Below, piece by piece: positions 31,546 through 32,000 of a DNA stretch of 32,000 nucleotides. The notes beneath the pieces were generated by a model, which ran no database searches, was not told the origin of the DNA, and saw only the letters and a program-made list of their open reading frames with translations. A program made the translations under genes and the position numbers. Position 1 is the stretch's first letter. Each line of letters starts with the position of its first letter. Source of the stretch: Erysipelotrichaceae bacterium (GTDB lineage: Bacteria > Bacillota_I > Bacilli_A > Erysipelotrichales > Coprobacillaceae); the NCBI GenBank assembly GCA_028698185.1, contig JAQVDW010000007.1:30001-62000 (forward strand), read 5' to 3'.

Positions 31546-32000
31546 CGGTTGTCACTCCTTTCAAAAAATTCAGCAACGATCTTTTCCTGCGTTTCATCCA
31601 TCGCCTTGCCATCATGCATCAAGGCATAGAAATCGCAAAAAAGTTCGGCTACGCTTGCACTTTTCTTGGGCTTTTTCATGATAGTGTCGCCATCTAGCGC
31701 GATCGGCTTTGAGTATCTTACTTGCATGATGTCGGGGTAAATCAGCTTGAGCCGGTCCCGGGCGTTCAGAATCAGCCGGTCGTCTTCAAGGACAATCGAG
31801 ACATAGTCGTTCGAATTGGCCATTTCTGAGCGGTTGAGCCGGTCGAACGTGCCGGTTATCTCCACGAGCTTTTTAATCGGTTCGAGTGGTACATGCTCGA
31901 TTGTCACCTGCTTGTTCGCGATGGTCACCACCGGCACCGCTTTGATCTGGTGGATCTCATCGAAAGACAGCGCCATCAAAGACGAACCATAGCGGCATTC
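31542..32000 (-). CDS. sbcD: SbcD (Mre11-like nuclease) C-terminal part; the 5' end lies beyond the window
   Basis: The frame is open to the window edge and is translationally coupled to sbcC. Identified mainly by context and a typical SbcD C-terminal length; the phosphoesterase motifs are outside the window. Confidence 0.7.
   Translation of the reverse strand, partial: ECRYGSSLMALSFDEIHQIKAVPVVTIANKQVTIEHVPLEPIKKLVEITGTFDRLNRSEMANSNDYVSIVLEDDRLILNARDRLKLIYPDIMQVRYSKPIALDGDTIMKKPKKSASVAELFCDFYALMHDGKAMDETQEKIVAEFFERSDNR

Noticed and set aside
28516-32000. The large coiled-coil ATPase as part of a defence system (SMC/Rad50-like defence ATPases)
   Set aside because: It overlaps an upstream open frame with the canonical sbcD-sbcC ATGA coupling, and it has the CxxC zinc hook and the length expected of housekeeping SbcC. 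No extra effector genes are visible.

Overview
The window is compact and looks chromosomal. It is probably from a Bacillota-type (Gram-positive-like) anaerobe: GGAGG-type RBSs, many TGnTATCAT / TRTGnTATAAT extended -10 promoters, hairpin plus T-run terminators, and a lipobox lipoprotein. GC is roughly mid-40s %, from hand counts of a few 60-nt lines only. I support about 31 protein genes (most on the minus strand), 2 tRNAs, about 17 intrinsic terminators and several promoters.

Gene content in order:
- The start of a biotin/fatty-acid operon (bioY-acpP-accB), with a FabT-like palindrome over its -35.
- A divergent pair of unassignable genes: an unknown domain fused to a LigA-like BRCT domain, and a 420-aa acidic protein.
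- An oxygen/NO-stress and anaerobic-dNTP neighbourhood: Cof-type HAD, tpx, a 54-aa rubredoxin missing from the ORF track, tRNA-Glu/tRNA-Val, nrdG, nrdD, flavodiiron protein, rhodanese.
- An ABC-F ATPase overlapping pdxK.
- A pseudo-REC / degenerate-GGDEF / intact-EAL protein.
- A phasin-like / UbiB-ABC1 kinase / CobO operon.
- A five-gene unit: HAD, xth, AI-2E permease, membrane GGDKF protein, orphan HPt.
- corA, an ArpU/RinA-like regulator, a CX5R tyrosine phosphatase, a cyclophilin lipoprotein, archaeal-type proS, a GH1 6-phospho-beta-glucosidase, and sbcC plus the 3' part of sbcD.

I saw no CRISPR array, IS element, integrase, restriction-modification gene or recognisable phage-defence gene.

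Best candidates for something undescribed, all unproven:
1. The AI-2E / GGDKF-membrane / stand-alone HPt module, possibly working with the nearby pseudo-REC-EAL protein.
2. The BRCT protein and 420-aa protein pair.
3. The phasin-like / UbiB / CobO operon in a lineage that does not make ubiquinone.
4. Two non-coding loci: the 425-bp gap upstream of nrdD, and a promoter-to-terminator unit of about 90 nt between the Cof-type HAD gene and tpx.

All functional calls rest on motif recognition by eye. No database search was possible.
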